In this document: piece after piece, positions 35,701-36,774 of the stretch | Position numbering within the stretch: the stretch's first letter is position 1 | How the letters are laid out: every line of letters starts with the position of its first letter | Assembly (NCBI RefSeq): GCF_018977255.1 | Contig: NW_024705526.1 | Coordinates: 1 to 36,774 of the forward strand | DNA: 36,774 nucleotides | Direction: 5' to 3' | Source of the DNA: Callorhinchus milii | Lineage: Eukaryota | Position numbers and translations under genes: made by a program | Notes under the pieces: model-generated | Told to the model about the DNA's origin: nothing | Seen by the model: only the letters and a program-made list of their open reading frames with translations | Databases searched by the model: none

Positions 35701-36279
35701 CGTCATAGACACTTTTTTTGGCTGCGGGTCAGGTTCGGGTCGCGAGACGTTCGGCCAGAACTGGCTGCTCACGTTCTGATCCTGCAACGCTGCCGATACC
35801 GCTACAGTCGACATGGGTCCTTCTGACTGTTGAACACGTTTGGCAGCGGGCGGTGGAAAATTTGGCCGGGTCTGGTTTGCTTTCTTTGAGATCGGGCAAT
35901 GCTGCTGGTGCCGCCACCAGGGCTTGCCGCTCTTGCGCCAGTGGTAACGGCGGTTGCGGTGGCTGTGGTGGTTTTGACGGTAGCGGCCGCACGAGCGGCC
36001 AGCCCTGCTTCCCGGCGTCTTTCCTCTCTTCCGAAGGCACAGATATCGGAGGTCGCTGTATGCCAAGGTTCAGCAGCTTCGTCTTGGCGTTGGGCTCAGG
36101 CGGGTGCTGCAGGGACGCTTCTCGCTCTTTGCTCTGCTTGGCGACGTTGGCGGCGGCCATCGCCATCCGCCGGTGGGTGGGCTCGAAAGCACCCTGGTGG
36201 AATTTGGCGATGAAGTCCGAGATGGTGCTGACGGCGATGCCGGCATTATGGAACCTGCTGACGTTCTCTTCCACGTTGC
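32734..36279 (-). pseudogene. TASOR: ~3.5-kb exon of a TASOR/FAM208-like gene: end of PIN-like domain plus long S/P/Q/K-rich extension, many frameshifts
   Basis: Acceptor GCGCGCAG|GC at 36280/36279 gives (G)NVEENVSRFHNAGIAVSTISDFIAKF. Successive minus-strand ORFs of similar composition chain through frame changes down to a GAG|GTGAGT donor at 32734/32733. The symbol is from recalled similarity; TASOR vs TASOR2 orthology is not resolved. Confidence 0.6.
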
Positions 36280-36593
36280 CTGCGCGCAGACACACACGGG
36301 AGGTGTTGTTTTGCGAGCACCACGGTCGGGTGCACTCGGAAGATGGCATGGCGAGCGTGGTTGAGTGTGTATGAGCACAGATGAACGTTGTTGGGTAATG
36401 GTGATTGGGCGAGCGTGGATGAGTGTGGGGGAACAGCATGAGTATGTACAGGAGGGTGCTACGGACTTAGCACCTGCAGGTGACAGTGAGGATGACTTAA
36501 CGGTTGTGTGTGAGCGTGCCTGGGTGAGCGTGCCTACGCGAGCATGGCTGGGTGAGCACGGCCGGGCGTGGCCGGGTGAGCGAACCCCCTCAC

Positions 36594-36774
36594 CGGTGAG
36601 AAAGACGGTGTAGCGACACTGCGGACTGAGTGCCTGCAAGCTGACCGCACAACCCAGGAAGCCAAGGCTGGCGTTGCAAGCGTCGTCGCATGCGTGGGGA
36701 GGGAGGAACTCCGCCAGCTGCTGCCGCTCGGCACCAGCACCAAGGACAGCACGTCACCCCACACGCAGCTCTCC
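36594..36774 (-). pseudogene. TASOR: TASOR/FAM208-like PIN-domain exon (partial, runs off the window)
   Basis: DVLSLVL/ERQQLAEFLPPHACD...LGCAVSLQALSPQCRYTVFLT resembles the recalled TASOR C-terminal pattern (LVEIL.YH.CD...L.C...LQ.....R..VFLT). The G|GTGAG phase-1 donor joins 36279 in frame. Confidence 0.65.

Noticed and set aside
32790..36374. Plus-strand ORFs up to 339 aa (e.g. 34347-35366)
   Set aside because: These are antisense shadows of the GC-rich minus-strand exon; splice signals and homology support the minus strand.

Overview
Repeat-rich eukaryotic DNA, probably vertebrate; lamprey-like is a guess from the GC-rich coding DNA and the element types. From 5' to 3' the window holds: decayed Ty3/Gypsy gag; a 5'-truncated Penelope/Poseidon-type element with a clean 525-aa RT+GIY-YIG ORF and a hammerhead-bearing pseudo-LTR; a second Gypsy (RNase H-integrase-LTR); RTE LINE fragments; and a third Gypsy whose RT half (8.1-10.4 kb) and integrase half (19.6-21.3 kb) are separated by an N gap and an ~8.9-kb block that looks statistically random, probably shuffled, synthetic or artefactual. 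Next come two inverted Helentron-associated (HINE/DINE-1-like) elements with internal ~195-bp tandem arrays, enclosing a solo LTR with a TSD and a frameshifted Tc1. After these lie two decayed, mutually similar ORF relics of unknown origin. The window ends with the 3' exons of a minus-strand TASOR/FAM208-like gene (PIN-like domain plus a very long low-complexity extension) carrying many frameshifts. I found no intact, clearly novel multi-gene system. The best leads are the random-looking block, the hammerhead plus conserved hairpin cassette, the inverted HINE pair, the TASOR-like copy and the unidentified paralogous relics.
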